From contig CP070695.1 of NCBI GenBank assembly GCA_020353515.1, positions 2,390,966 to 2,454,965 of the forward strand: a DNA stretch of 64,000 bases, written 5' to 3'. A model generated the notes under the pieces. That model did no database searches, was not told where the DNA came from, and worked only from the letters and a program-made list of their open reading frames with translations. Position 1 is the stretch's first letter. Each line of letters opens with the position of its first letter. Positions 40,101-48,965 of the stretch are shown here, one piece after another. The position numbers and the translations under genes are program-made. This stretch comes from Candidatus Heimdallarchaeota archaeon (GTDB lineage: Archaea > Asgardarchaeota > Heimdallarchaeia > Hodarchaeales > Hodarchaeaceae).

Positions 40101-43100
40101 ATTATAATAATAATGGTCTTCTGATTCAATCATAACGAAGGAATGGGTTTCACCATTTATATTAACATGTAATTGCACACTACTCTCATTTATGCCGCTT
40201 TGATAATGATTTTGATCTTCAACAGATACGTAAATCTCTACATGACCATGATAATGAGTAATAAAATTGTCTATGATATCACCTTCATTAATTGGGGGTG
40301 ATTCATGGTCTTCAGGTATAATTGTGTGAAAAGAAGGAGTTAAGGATAATTTTGACCCATTTTCATTACCCAGGCTATCGACAGCAGAATAAATTGAAAA
40401 ATTCAACAGCTCACCATAATATGCTTCGATATAGCACACCCAAAACCCAGAAGCGTTTTGATGCATATCTACAAAAGAATCATTTATCTGCAAGACAACA
40501 GGATCCATAACTAAACTCATATTATCAGTAATATTTGCATAAAATTGAAGAGTTCCATTACCATAATCAATAACATCATATTCGACAATATTGGGAGGAA
40601 AACCATCACCTAAGTATAAAGAATACAGTTGTGTTACCACAGTATTGTTAGCTATATCAATTGCTATAATATTGTAGAAAATCTGGACATTTCTATGAGT
40701 CAATGTATCAAGTGCGGTTGCATTATAATATTGGTCACCATTAAATGCCTCCATTGTAAAATTTTCATGAATAAGCACTACCTCATTTGTTATATTGACA
40801 ACAGTTAAATTCAGAAGCACTTCGAATTTACTCCAATCCGAGACATCTGTAAAGAAAGTTGAGGCATTGTCAAGGAGAATAGATTCATTCATAAAATAGA
40901 CATTCTGGATTGTTGGAGGATCATTATCGATAAATTCGGAGATTCTTATATTGAGTTCAAATTTAGGATTAATTTGATAAGTCGAATTAGCTGAAAATTC
41001 AAGGAAAGAAAGTGTACTGTTAACCGAGTCTTCAAACTCAACTGTTATATTATAGTAATCATAAGGTAGATTTGTAAAAGTAGTGTATCCTGTAATTGTC
41101 GTATTTTGGGTCCAATTAATAGCTGTATTGTAAGCATTTGTAATGTTCACCCTAGCATTGGGAACAATTCTATTGTCTAAGTCTAAAACTTTAACACGCA
41201 CCGTTGCATTCTCAGGCCCTCTTTGAAGGTCCGCGATGGTAATTCCATATACATCATTATTTTCATTATCAAAATAAATTGTATAGAGTCTTTCCGATGA
41301 AATGAAATTAGTTCGTAAGGCAATCCATGCAGCTTGTACAGTGCTCACTTTTTTTTCTGATCCCCATGTGTTCCCCCCATCAGTCGAGTTTTTTATATAA
41401 ACTGTTTTATCGCTGATATAAATTGCAAATAAAGTATTATTTGAAATATCATAAGCAGGTTTTACTTCATCTCCACCTATTCCGCAATTCGTGACCACAT
41501 CAGTCTTTTGATTCCAAGAACGGTTATGATCAAAAAATATCCAAGTTTCTAAATCCCCTGTTGCATTTAGAACGTCATTATTAAGTGTAAGATAAATTGT
41601 ATGAGTATTTGGATTAATTGTTGCTCCCCAATTAGCATTATTATTATAATTATCCTCTGGAGCCTCTATTTCAGAAATGATTGTTGTTACAAAGGTTGGA
41701 GAGGCGTCCCAGGCATTCAAGTCACTGTGATACACAAAAGAATAAAGGGAGTTGGCCGTAGAGTCCTCATAAATACAAAGGACATCCCCATCACTTAAAG
41801 GAAGGAGCTGTCCATGATCATCATCATCATTAAGAAAAGAGTAGGAGGGTGTAATGTCATACCAACTTGTATTATGTTTTGCAAATTGAGGACCATTATA
41901 CATCCAAGAAGCGCCAAAAATATCTCCTTCAGTTGTAACTGTTACAGCACCTCCCCCATCAGGCGCATTGTGGGACCCACCTGAAGACATAATTACTGAC
42001 CACCCACCACCTGAAGTGTCATCTTTTGTATCAAGGTAATTATATACCATTTGATCGTTCAAGATTGAATTTACAATAATATGAATCTTAGTACCAGTAT
42101 TATTAGGTGTCCACTGATCAAACCAACAACTGAAACTGCGAAACCGATATTCAGGGGGACCACAATCAATATTCACTGGACCTTCCCAAGTAGTTCCATT
42201 ATCAATTGTTTTATAATAAACAATTTCAGCCATACCCCCATTTGTCTTTTGGAAAAAGAGATATCCGTGAGAATCGTTAATAAAAACAATACTGGGTCCT
42301 GGATTATATTCATCTGTAGCATCATATACCGCATTATCAATAATGATCTCTAATCCATCGGAGGGAACATCGTGATCTCGTTGCTCTTCAATACCAACAA
42401 CATAGAAGTTTGTAGGATCATGTTGGTTATTATACTCTGTTGTGATCCAATCCGTAGACATCACCCCATTAAAAAGGCGTAACTCATCAATTACACCAGA
42501 AAATTTCTCATCTGCAGCTTGATCAAGAGTAACACGACCAATTCGATAATCTCCAGTCGTTCCAAAGGTAGGAATACCAGTGATAGATCCAATACCCCCC
42601 TCACTGACACTATCCTTATATATAAGTCCTACACCATTCGTCCTATCGTTCGTTGCGACTATATGAATCCACGTTGTTCCAGGCCATGATCTAGTAGCAC
42701 TATCTACATATTCAAAACCCCCTCCTCCTTCCACTTTTGAATAAAGACCTCCGTCAGTGTTATGTGAATTATCAGTACCAGCGAATGTTAACGCCATATC
42801 ATAATTTCCAGTGTAAAAATGACCAAAGATAGGCATAGATTCACTAGAAGTATCGTCGAAAGTAGTATCTAATCGCACCCATGTTGAGATACTATAATTT
42901 CTTGATCCGATACCAGGATTCCATACACCTAGATTAATATAATCATCAATTCCATCGAATCTTCGGGCCCGACCAATTTTCCCCACCTCATCAATAGACC
43001 CTTGGTTTGTTCCATCTGGACTATTTAAGGAAGAACCCGTTAAATCTGTACCCAAATGCCATACTCCAACGTAATTATCACTCCAAACACCCGTGGTATT

Positions 43101-43718
43101 TTCTTGACTTCCAATGGTAGAATTCCCATAATACATTGAAATAGTGGTATTTACATCACTTGAGAGAAACGGAATCCGAATCCATGCGACAAGTAACGCA
43201 TGAGAGCCATTGAAGGCCACATTAAAATGCTCGATTTCGTGATCCAGTGTTTTGTTTAATGAGTCTATGAAGATTATATCATCCCCATCTACTTGTGTAT
43301 CATAACGAAGATCATTATCATAAAGTACAACAAGAACTGGAAAATCTCTTAAATTAGCTGCCACATTATCTGAATCAATAGTGATATTTTTACGATACTG
43401 AAAAGAAGGAGCTGCCCACCCTTCTACTTGAATATCAGCTTTCACAGGGAACGAATCAAAAGATGCTTCCTCTTTTATAAGGTCAGTACTCTCAGTCAAA
43501 TCTGAATTCACAAGGTTTAATCCTTTACTAACACTATTAGGTAAATCCTTACTGAATGTATCACTTTTAAGCTTTAATACTTTTATGGGATCATTTCTGC
43601 CATCAGATGCTTGATTGCTGAGAGAGAACGCAGTAGCGACAAATTGAATAATAAATATTACGAAAAGCAGGTATGTGAGAAATTTAAGCCTCAATTTCCA
43701 TCTTTTGCGTTCAAACAT
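37176..43718 (-). CDS. Giant receptor-like surface protein: DUF2341, LamG, Asp-box region, about 9 Ig-like repeats, TM, cytoplasmic longin/roadblock-like domain
   Basis: N-terminal signal; YRKNITID..DFPVLV..LDHEIE..AWIRIP..MYYGN (DUF2341); FDGIDDYI..FSGVIDELR (LamG); TIDNGTTW and STDGGNTW Asp-boxes; repeated D..PP.I starts; TM IILTVVVTVLVVSLFYLV followed by KRKKQK; about 300-aa cytoplasmic tail. Confidence 0.8.
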   Translation of the reverse strand: MFERKRWKLRLKFLTYLLFVIFIIQFVATAFSLSNQASDGRNDPIKVLKLKSDTFSKDLPNSVSKGLNLVNSDLTESTDLIKEEASFDSFPVKADIQVEGWAAPSFQYRKNITIDSDNVAANLRDFPVLVVLYDNDLRYDTQVDGDDIIFIDSLNKTLDHEIEHFNVAFNGSHALLVAWIRIPFLSSDVNTTISMYYGNSTIGSQENTTGVWSDNYVGVWHLGTDLTGSSLNSPDGTNQGSIDEVGKIGRARRFDGIDDYINLGVWNPGIGSRNYSISTWVRLDTTFDDTSSESMPIFGHFYTGNYDMALTFAGTDNSHNTDGGLYSKVEGGGGFEYVDSATRSWPGTTWIHIVATNDRTNGVGLIYKDSVSEGGIGSITGIPTFGTTGDYRIGRVTLDQAADEKFSGVIDELRLFNGVMSTDWITTEYNNQHDPTNFYVVGIEEQRDHDVPSDGLEIIIDNAVYDATDEYNPGPSIVFINDSHGYLFFQKTNGGMAEIVYYKTIDNGTTWEGPVNIDCGPPEYRFRSFSCWFDQWTPNNTGTKIHIIVNSILNDQMVYNYLDTKDDTSGGGWSVIMSSGGSHNAPDGGGAVTVTTEGDIFGASWMYNGPQFAKHNTSWYDITPSYSFLNDDDDHGQLLPLSDGDVLCIYEDSTANSLYSFVYHSDLNAWDASPTFVTTIISEIEAPEDNYNNNANWGATINPNTHTIYLTLNNDVLNATGDLETWIFFDHNRSWNQKTDVVTNCGIGGDEVKPAYDISNNTLFAIYISDKTVYIKNSTDGGNTWGSEKKVSTVQAAWIALRTNFISSERLYTIYFDNENNDVYGITIADLQRGPENATVRVKVLDLDNRIVPNARVNITNAYNTAINWTQNTTITGYTTFTNLPYDYYNITVEFEDSVNSTLSFLEFSANSTYQINPKFELNIRISEFIDNDPPTIQNVYFMNESILLDNASTFFTDVSDWSKFEVLLNLTVVNITNEVVLIHENFTMEAFNGDQYYNATALDTLTHRNVQIFYNIIAIDIANNTVVTQLYSLYLGDGFPPNIVEYDVIDYGNGTLQFYANITDNMSLVMDPVVLQINDSFVDMHQNASGFWVCYIEAYYGELLNFSIYSAVDSLGNENGSKLSLTPSFHTIIPEDHESPPINEGDIIDNFITHYHGHVEIYVSVEDQNHYQSGINESSVQLHVNINGETHSFVMIESEDHYYYNFEFEYNDIIYYWITVSDYANNPNSSETRGPFIIHDNSVPIASYWKTDWGNGTVDFFAEITDWPFNDTSAYLLYTQNYFGSWTNLSMYQVSDITYFVRVYSLEYNLQNLWYYVSTVDTTQNWFNPGINQASNFTLSDTVLPEIIYSIESSTEKDGEITVFAYAIDPFGDTHYVNNSFYINFAYSGNNITIEMEYDTFYRYKTSYEFPFGEEVEIKVWVNDNAGNLGDIIKIITTSDHAPPKIKGTDAIVFQNGTVTIWAEVIDDGSGLFDDNSSVLLDYTHIHHQTETMQWNHSGNFYTYSIHGFEPGIAFYYYITAFDKSENYDYTTPQEVVIYDKTDPICNNFGYRNTTLNQYQSHLIFWAEASDPFGSIDGVNLTINCPNGKNLGTKTAKMHYNGTHYIHSITMDCNQSFNYNILLYDKAFNNLSIGEINQKTSDFQPARMVNYGINASVSNIGEILFWCKIHDPFNSHNVTLSVIDNTLDKWILIETRMISNEIHYTFMLPIEYMHNFSYYMRIIDYGVLEGYYEASIYTNSSQMFDWWEPIIHLAGIEEINRTTVLFWVNVSDWGSGVSEVYLNYEFTSPENTGGFGSDLHINRVLMTFNQTYHITELSFTRTVTFKWFIEVYDSVYHSKNSISKDYTFLLPPPSLFDFLIEAIILTVVVTVLVVSLFYLVSTTYQKRKKQKLFDISEFQQKLDSILNTYVILATTAVGLPVYSVSNIMYQSSNAIQDVLSGLSVGIDTFLESFQSDIVNYFIETDSDLFDNQTKDNIKTSVIEKNKVQIQIISSPSFRIFLFLKEKPPEYIKSTFIAIARGLEEKISLPELGVVEESFVGPIAQKVFKQHFPLTLLSPFLIDCQRLKEIEQRIKRGDPISKNISRSSLNALKRLVIIKSNLDVNIEDPQAQINLFDKSLAQNKLRDLPPLILNEALDIFKILKVKTKVVYKALWVGSSPEVNILVSKESIPREEIPIIQ

Positions 43719-44008
43719 TTCATTATACTCTTGAATTTTTCAACCTTTACCAAGTAATGACCAGAGTCTCCTCTAATACTTTCTCAAGTTATAAAGGAAT
43801 TCCAACGCGTGGAAGCTCTAGCAGGAGAGAACTTCTACGACAAGTTCATTTGGGGCATATGATGAGCAGCAAGTATAAGTTAGGGTAGAGATTATTAAAA
43901 TTAACCAAATAAAATATGCGAAAACGTAAAAAATACTTAAAAGAAATTTTATTCATTCGTTTCCCGATAAAAAACCGTAATCTGTTATTAGCGGAACAAT
44001 CCTTCCTC

Positions 44009-44569
44009 TTATTGATATAATTTTGTAATTATCATTTCCCCAAGTGCAGAAAAAGCATAATCAACATTTGTTCCATCTTTAGCAGAAGTAGAGTAATATT
44101 CGATCTGTGAGTCTATGTTTGAGTATTTATTGACTAAATTATTGTCAATATGATCCCTCACAGTGTTAAAAGAAATTTTGATCTCATCAATCAAATCCAT
44201 TTTATTCCCTAAAACAATTATTGAGGCACTAGGTAATTCAATATTTTTTGAAAATTCTTTAAGCCACCTTTCCATGTTTTCCAGAGATCTTGGCCTAGTA
44301 AGATCAAAAACTATAAATGCTCCCGCTGATCCTTTGTAATACAATCTTCGTACTTGATCGAAAGCTGGTTGACCAGCTAAATCCCAGATTTGAAACCGAA
44401 TATCTTTCGGACCATATTCTGTATCTAAAGAAACTTGTTTAGATTGAAAATCTGAACCTAAAGTTGGAGTATATTCTAATGGAAACCCTTTTCCAAGATA
44501 CCTGTTGATTAGAGAGGTTTTACCCACCTCACCATCGCCCAGTATGCAGATTTTCGCAAGTAAAGTCAA
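44009..44569 (-). CDS. Rab-like small GTPase, copy 2
   Basis: GDGEVGKTS, YTPTLG, WDLAGQ, NKMD, SAK; no C-terminal Cys prenylation motif. Confidence 0.95.
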   Translation of the reverse strand: MTLLAKICILGDGEVGKTSLINRYLGKGFPLEYTPTLGSDFQSKQVSLDTEYGPKDIRFQIWDLAGQPAFDQVRRLYYKGSAGAFIVFDLTRPRSLENMERWLKEFSKNIELPSASIIVLGNKMDLIDEIKISFNTVRDHIDNNLVNKYSNIDSQIEYYSTSAKDGTNVDYAFSALGEMIITKLYQ

Positions 44570-44594
44570 TTCACAATCATTCTATTTCTAATGT

Positions 44595-44620
44595 AATTAA
44601 ATTTAAAAACCTAAAGTAAT
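44595..44620 (-). promoter_or_regulatory. Duplicated promoter of GTPase copy 2
   Basis: Plus-strand aattaaatttaaaaacctaaagtaat closely matches 45332-45356; contains minus-strand TTTTTAAA. Confidence 0.5.
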
Positions 44621-44728
44621 TACTACTTCAGTATTTTATCACATAAAAAAGGGATAAAAACTCTCCACTCCTGATCTCGTTCTTAATATCATCATTTATA
44701 TTATTCTAGGATAATTCCTAGCCAATCT

Positions 44729-45304
44729 TTACAAATCTCCCTTGGAGGAGTAATGTAGTTCAATTATTCTCCTCCCAAGTAGAGAAAAAGCTTTGTCTAC
44801 GTTTTCCCCAGTCTTTGCAGAGGTTTGGTAATATTCAATATGAGGATCTACGTTTGAGAATTTATCCACCAAATGATTATTTATATAACATTCAATAGTG
44901 TCGGGAAAAACCTTAACTTCATCAGTTAAATCCAATTTGTTCCCTAAAAGGAATATGGATGATTTTTCCGTTTGTATATTCTTCGAAAATTCATCTAGCC
45001 ACTTGTCCAAGTTTTCTAAAGAATCAGAGTAGGTTAAATCGAACACCAGGAATGCACCTGCAGATCCTTTATAGTACAACTTCCGAACTTGATCGAAGGC
45101 TGGTTGACCAGCTAAATCCCAGATTTGAAACTGAAGATCTTTACGACCTAATTTCGTGTCCAAAGTAACCTGTTTACTTAGAAAATCGGATCCTATTGTG
45201 GGTATATATTCTGTCGTAAAACCTCTTTTGAGATAGCTACTCATTAGCGATGTCTTTCCTACCTCCCCATCACCAAGTAGGCAGATCTTCGCAAGTAGAG
45301 GCAA
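44729..45304 (-). CDS. Rab-like small GTPase, copy 1
   Basis: GDGEVGKTS, YIPTIG, WDLAGQ, NKLD, SAK; close paralog of 44009..44569. Confidence 0.95.
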   Translation of the reverse strand: MPLLAKICLLGDGEVGKTSLMSSYLKRGFTTEYIPTIGSDFLSKQVTLDTKLGRKDLQFQIWDLAGQPAFDQVRKLYYKGSAGAFLVFDLTYSDSLENLDKWLDEFSKNIQTEKSSIFLLGNKLDLTDEVKVFPDTIECYINNHLVDKFSNVDPHIEYYQTSAKTGENVDKAFSLLGRRIIELHYSSKGDL

Positions 45305-45331
45305 TTTTCAATCATTTAAACTTATACCAAA

Positions 45332-45356
45332 AATTAACTTAAAAATCTAAAGGAAT
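45332..45356 (-). promoter_or_regulatory. Duplicated promoter of GTPase copy 1
   Basis: aattaacttaaaaatctaaaggaat matches 44595-44620 at a similar distance from the TTG start. Confidence 0.5.
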
Positions 45357-45421
45357 AGGATTTCAGATATCCTCTCACAACTTCAAGAAATAGGTCTCCT
45401 CACAAGAGGATTTTATTTTTT

Positions 45422-46027
45422 TCAACTTGATTTGATCTCATCAAAAGCATTCATTATATCTTCTGCTATCATTTTTCTTTTACTTTTTTCAATGAGATAA
45501 TTTTTCCCTGTTTGTAGATATGAAGGAAACGCTCGCTTTTCTTTGTAATAAAATTTTTCTTTCCGAATTTTATAAGTAGAACCACTAGGTATGACTCTTT
45601 TGCCTATTTTTCGTTTAGTAATATAGTAAAAAGCTTTAATTGCAACATCCCCCATTAACAGGAAACATTGAACATTTGGAAATTGAGATATCTCTTTCTC
45701 CAATATTTCTGAACAGTTTTTTATTGTTGCTGCTGAGACTGAATAACCAATCTTTCCACATTTAATTGCTGTGGTAATGTATACACCCTTGTCAAGAATT
45801 TCATCTATACTCGAAACATTGATACCTGCATCCTTGAAGGCATTAATCGTTGTTTCCAGATAAAATGGATTATTATCAGCATAAAAATAATCTTTCAAGT
45901 TATGTGGTGGAGCTTCTGAGATCATCAGTATTTTAATTGACTCAGGATCAATATCTATATCAGGTCGTATATAACACTCCTTATTAATGTCTTGACAAGG
46001 AAAATTATGACAATCTACGTCTTTCAC
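45422..46027 (-). CDS. Uracil-DNA glycosylase-like family protein
   Basis: ILMISEAPP, YITTAIKC, IKNC..ILEKEI, LLMGDVA. Confidence 0.8.
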   Translation of the reverse strand: MKDVDCHNFPCQDINKECYIRPDIDIDPESIKILMISEAPPHNLKDYFYADNNPFYLETTINAFKDAGINVSSIDEILDKGVYITTAIKCGKIGYSVSAATIKNCSEILEKEISQFPNVQCFLLMGDVAIKAFYYITKRKIGKRVIPSGSTYKIRKEKFYYKEKRAFPSYLQTGKNYLIEKSKRKMIAEDIMNAFDEIKSS

Positions 46028-46069
46028 GTTTATAACCCTTCTTTGTCTTATTGTTTCTTCATGTAGAAG

Positions 46070-47317
46070 TTATAGTGAAAGAATTAACCAAAAAATGCCA
46101 TACATAATAATAACTACAATTAAAAGAAGAAAAATTGTTAATCCATATTTAGCGAAAATCCCTGGAGTGTATGGTTCAGGTGGAAGAAAATGTTTTAATG
46201 GTTCGTTTTCATCAAATATCATCTCAATATTTCGTTTTTTCAGCTCCTCAAAGAATAAATCTGGAACAGTAGCAGGTAAAGCTTCTGGGGGGAGAACTCC
46301 CGTTCCACTTATTTTTCCTTCAGCATAAAATTGAGCTGCAATTGCTGCAGGAATTCCTGTAAGCTCACCCATGGCAATACTCGGTGTACAATAAACCCAA
46401 TGGACAGGTTTATCATTATAAGATCCAAAAATATCTACACGTGCCGATGAGGCTGGGATTCCCCCTGTTGCGAAAAGCTTCTCAGTTGCATGAATAACTT
46501 TAGCCCAAAATTTTTGGCGAGATCTGCCTTGAATCAGATGAAGGTGTTTAAATGATTCCAAAACTTTGTTATTCCAATCAGGTGTCAATCCCCCTTTTAG
46601 TGTACACTCCGTAACATTCGGTAAGAATCTGGGAATTGAAACTGGTTCAGGATGTCCCCAATCAAAGATATTCACTTTGTTAATAGGGAGTGGAAAATCA
46701 ATTTTGACATTTCCTTTTCCAGCAGGCGCATTTATGAATTTTCCATTTTGATAAGAAGGAAAACTTCCCGTTACAGCATAATAAACGTGGAGAATCACTG
46801 CAAAACCCTCCGAATCAGCTGCCCCTCCTGCCCAGGATATATTAAATCGTACAGGGCCAGTATCTAGTTTATTATATGCACGAAGAGCCATCAAATTTGT
46901 CAAACCTGGAGTCCAACCATATCCAATGAAAATTGGGATACTGGCTTCTTTAGCAGCAATATCCATTTCCAGTACTTCTTGAGTAGGATCAGGATCATCA
47001 CATATATCAACTAAAGGAATTTTTGCTTCAATAGCAGCACGAGCAATTTTAGGGCCGAAGAAGTAGAATGGGCCAATGGCTGAACAAGCTATATCATAAT
47101 TCTTCATTAGATGAACTAGTTCGATATGATTGGTAGCATCAACTTTAACGAAATTTAATCGGGAGTCTTTCAATTGGGACATCAATTGGGTCGCCTTTTT
47201 CTCATTAATATCCGCTATTCCTATTTCTGTCCACATCGTACCAAATTTCACTGCATCTTTGACAATGTAACTTCCCATGTCTCCTGCTCCACCTAAAATT
47301 AATAATTTCACATTCAT
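46070..47317 (-). CDS. Saccharopine dehydrogenase-like oxidoreductase with a C-terminal TM helix
   Basis: LGGAGDMG, AIGPFY, DICDD, GWTPGLTN, GHPEP; terminal LTIFLLLIVVIIMYGIFWLIL. Confidence 0.88.
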   Translation of the reverse strand: MNVKLLILGGAGDMGSYIVKDAVKFGTMWTEIGIADINEKKATQLMSQLKDSRLNFVKVDATNHIELVHLMKNYDIACSAIGPFYFFGPKIARAAIEAKIPLVDICDDPDPTQEVLEMDIAAKEASIPIFIGYGWTPGLTNLMALRAYNKLDTGPVRFNISWAGGAADSEGFAVILHVYYAVTGSFPSYQNGKFINAPAGKGNVKIDFPLPINKVNIFDWGHPEPVSIPRFLPNVTECTLKGGLTPDWNNKVLESFKHLHLIQGRSRQKFWAKVIHATEKLFATGGIPASSARVDIFGSYNDKPVHWVYCTPSIAMGELTGIPAAIAAQFYAEGKISGTGVLPPEALPATVPDLFFEELKKRNIEMIFDENEPLKHFLPPEPYTPGIFAKYGLTIFLLLIVVIIMYGIFWLILSL

Positions 47318-47561
47318 TCACCGTTTTTCTGTGATTAAGTCTCCAATGATAAAAGGGCTGCTTTGGTGTACCCCAATCTTCCTTGATTGATAATTTTCGT
47401 AGTAAATTCACCACCAATGAGTGAATATCGTGAAGAAATCAGTAGTATTAGATTGTATGATATAATAAAATTTACCCTCCCAAAATTTGGTTCATAGTAA
47501 TTTTTTGAACCATTTATTCCTAGCTTTTATCAGTATAAGTTAATTGATGGTTGATTAGATG

Positions 47562-48773
47562 TTATTTTAGCTCTAATGATTTTTCCAATGTCGAAAAATT
47601 ACGATGACCTGTTTTTTCTACCGCAACAGTATCCTCAATTCGAATTCCCCATTTACCTGGATAATAAACCCCTGGCTCGACAGTTACGACATCCCCCTCA
47701 GCTAAGATGCTCTTTCTTGTAAAACTCAAGTAAGGCATTTCACCAATGGTCAAACCAACTCCGTGACCTAAACCATGAATAAAACCCTCTTCCATAGCCA
47801 TTCCAGGGTGTTTCATATAGTATAAAGGAGTTTTATGATTGCGCTTTTCAAGAATTTCACACACACTCTTGGAAATTACTTGACCATCAGTACCAGCGGT
47901 AATTTGGTCAAGGGCGGTTTGTTGAGCTACAGCAACATCCTCATACATTGTTTTAATTTCCTTAGATGCATTCCCGATAACAAAAGTTCTCGTTGTATCA
48001 AAACAATACCCTGAGGAAATATCCTGCGGGAATATATCAAAAACAATAGGAATTCCTGTCTTAATTTTCCGTTCGGGGGTTCCATGGTTATGAGGATCAG
48101 CCCCATCTGGGCCTGGAGCAAAAATTGTATCATGAACTGCTAATAAATTTGTCTCAACAAGCTTTCGATTAATAAAGGCCTTTACATCTGAAACTGTTAA
48201 GGAAGTCTGCTTGTACTGAACAGTATCCCCAGATACAGAACTGTTTCTGAGCATTTCCAAAGTTTTTCGTACCACAACTTCAGTCTTATTGGCTACATCA
48301 GCAATTAGATCAAGTTCATGGGAACTCTTTGTTCGACGAACTCGCTCAATTAAATCCGGTTCTGCGAGAACTTCATAACCTTGTTGCTCTAAACGACGTG
48401 TAATATCAATAGCTTGACCTGCTTCAATCATTCCGCTCAGAATAATTTTTTTCTCCACACCCAGTTCTTTAAGTACTTTATCATACATTCTTATTCGAGC
48501 TTCATCAATTCCGTGGTCTTGTATCAACTGGAGATAATTATAGTGAGAGCTTGATAGTACATTTTTGACCAAACCCTTTTTAGCGCTCCCGATATCGAGA
48601 TCTCCTACAATTAGTAAAGGATCCTCACCAGCTTTCTTAATATATAACCCACCTCGTGGAATGTTACAACCACAGACATAAGTAAGGGAAGGATTGCCAG
48701 ATGTACTCTGTCCTGTGATAATAATAGCCTCAACATTGACCTTATCTAGTTCAGTATCTAAATCCTCAATCAT
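47562..48773 (-). CDS. Xaa-Pro peptidase (M24B)
   Basis: DPH, FDIFP, DTTRT, HGLGHGVG, TVEPGVY, RIED. Confidence 0.95.
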   Translation of the reverse strand: MIEDLDTELDKVNVEAIIITGQSTSGNPSLTYVCGCNIPRGGLYIKKAGEDPLLIVGDLDIGSAKKGLVKNVLSSSHYNYLQLIQDHGIDEARIRMYDKVLKELGVEKKIILSGMIEAGQAIDITRRLEQQGYEVLAEPDLIERVRRTKSSHELDLIADVANKTEVVVRKTLEMLRNSSVSGDTVQYKQTSLTVSDVKAFINRKLVETNLLAVHDTIFAPGPDGADPHNHGTPERKIKTGIPIVFDIFPQDISSGYCFDTTRTFVIGNASKEIKTMYEDVAVAQQTALDQITAGTDGQVISKSVCEILEKRNHKTPLYYMKHPGMAMEEGFIHGLGHGVGLTIGEMPYLSFTRKSILAEGDVVTVEPGVYYPGKWGIRIEDTVAVEKTGHRNFSTLEKSLELK

Positions 48774-48880
48774 TGTTAATCATTTTCCATTAGATCATTT
48801 TTCGTTTTCTTTTAAGCCCAAAAATCGGGTTTATAAAAAAGAATTTGTACTAACTGATCAGAGCCTTATATTGTGGAGGA

Positions 48881-48912
48881 AAAAGAAAAAGGGAGAATAA
48901 CCCTTTTCTCCC
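48881..48912 (-). terminator. Hairpin plus U-tract downstream of the PGF-CTERM gene
   Basis: GGGAGAA(48891-97)/TTCTCCC(48906-12) stem followed on the minus strand by a T-run. Confidence 0.5.
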
Positions 48913-48965
48913 CATTTAAGTGTCTCACACTCAACCAATGGAGTTTTGAAAGTCTATAAGCTCAA

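Noticed and set aside
47205-47470. Short open frames upstream of the saccharopine dehydrogenase gene
   Set aside because: No convincing start or recognisable motif; cannot be supported as a gene or remnant.
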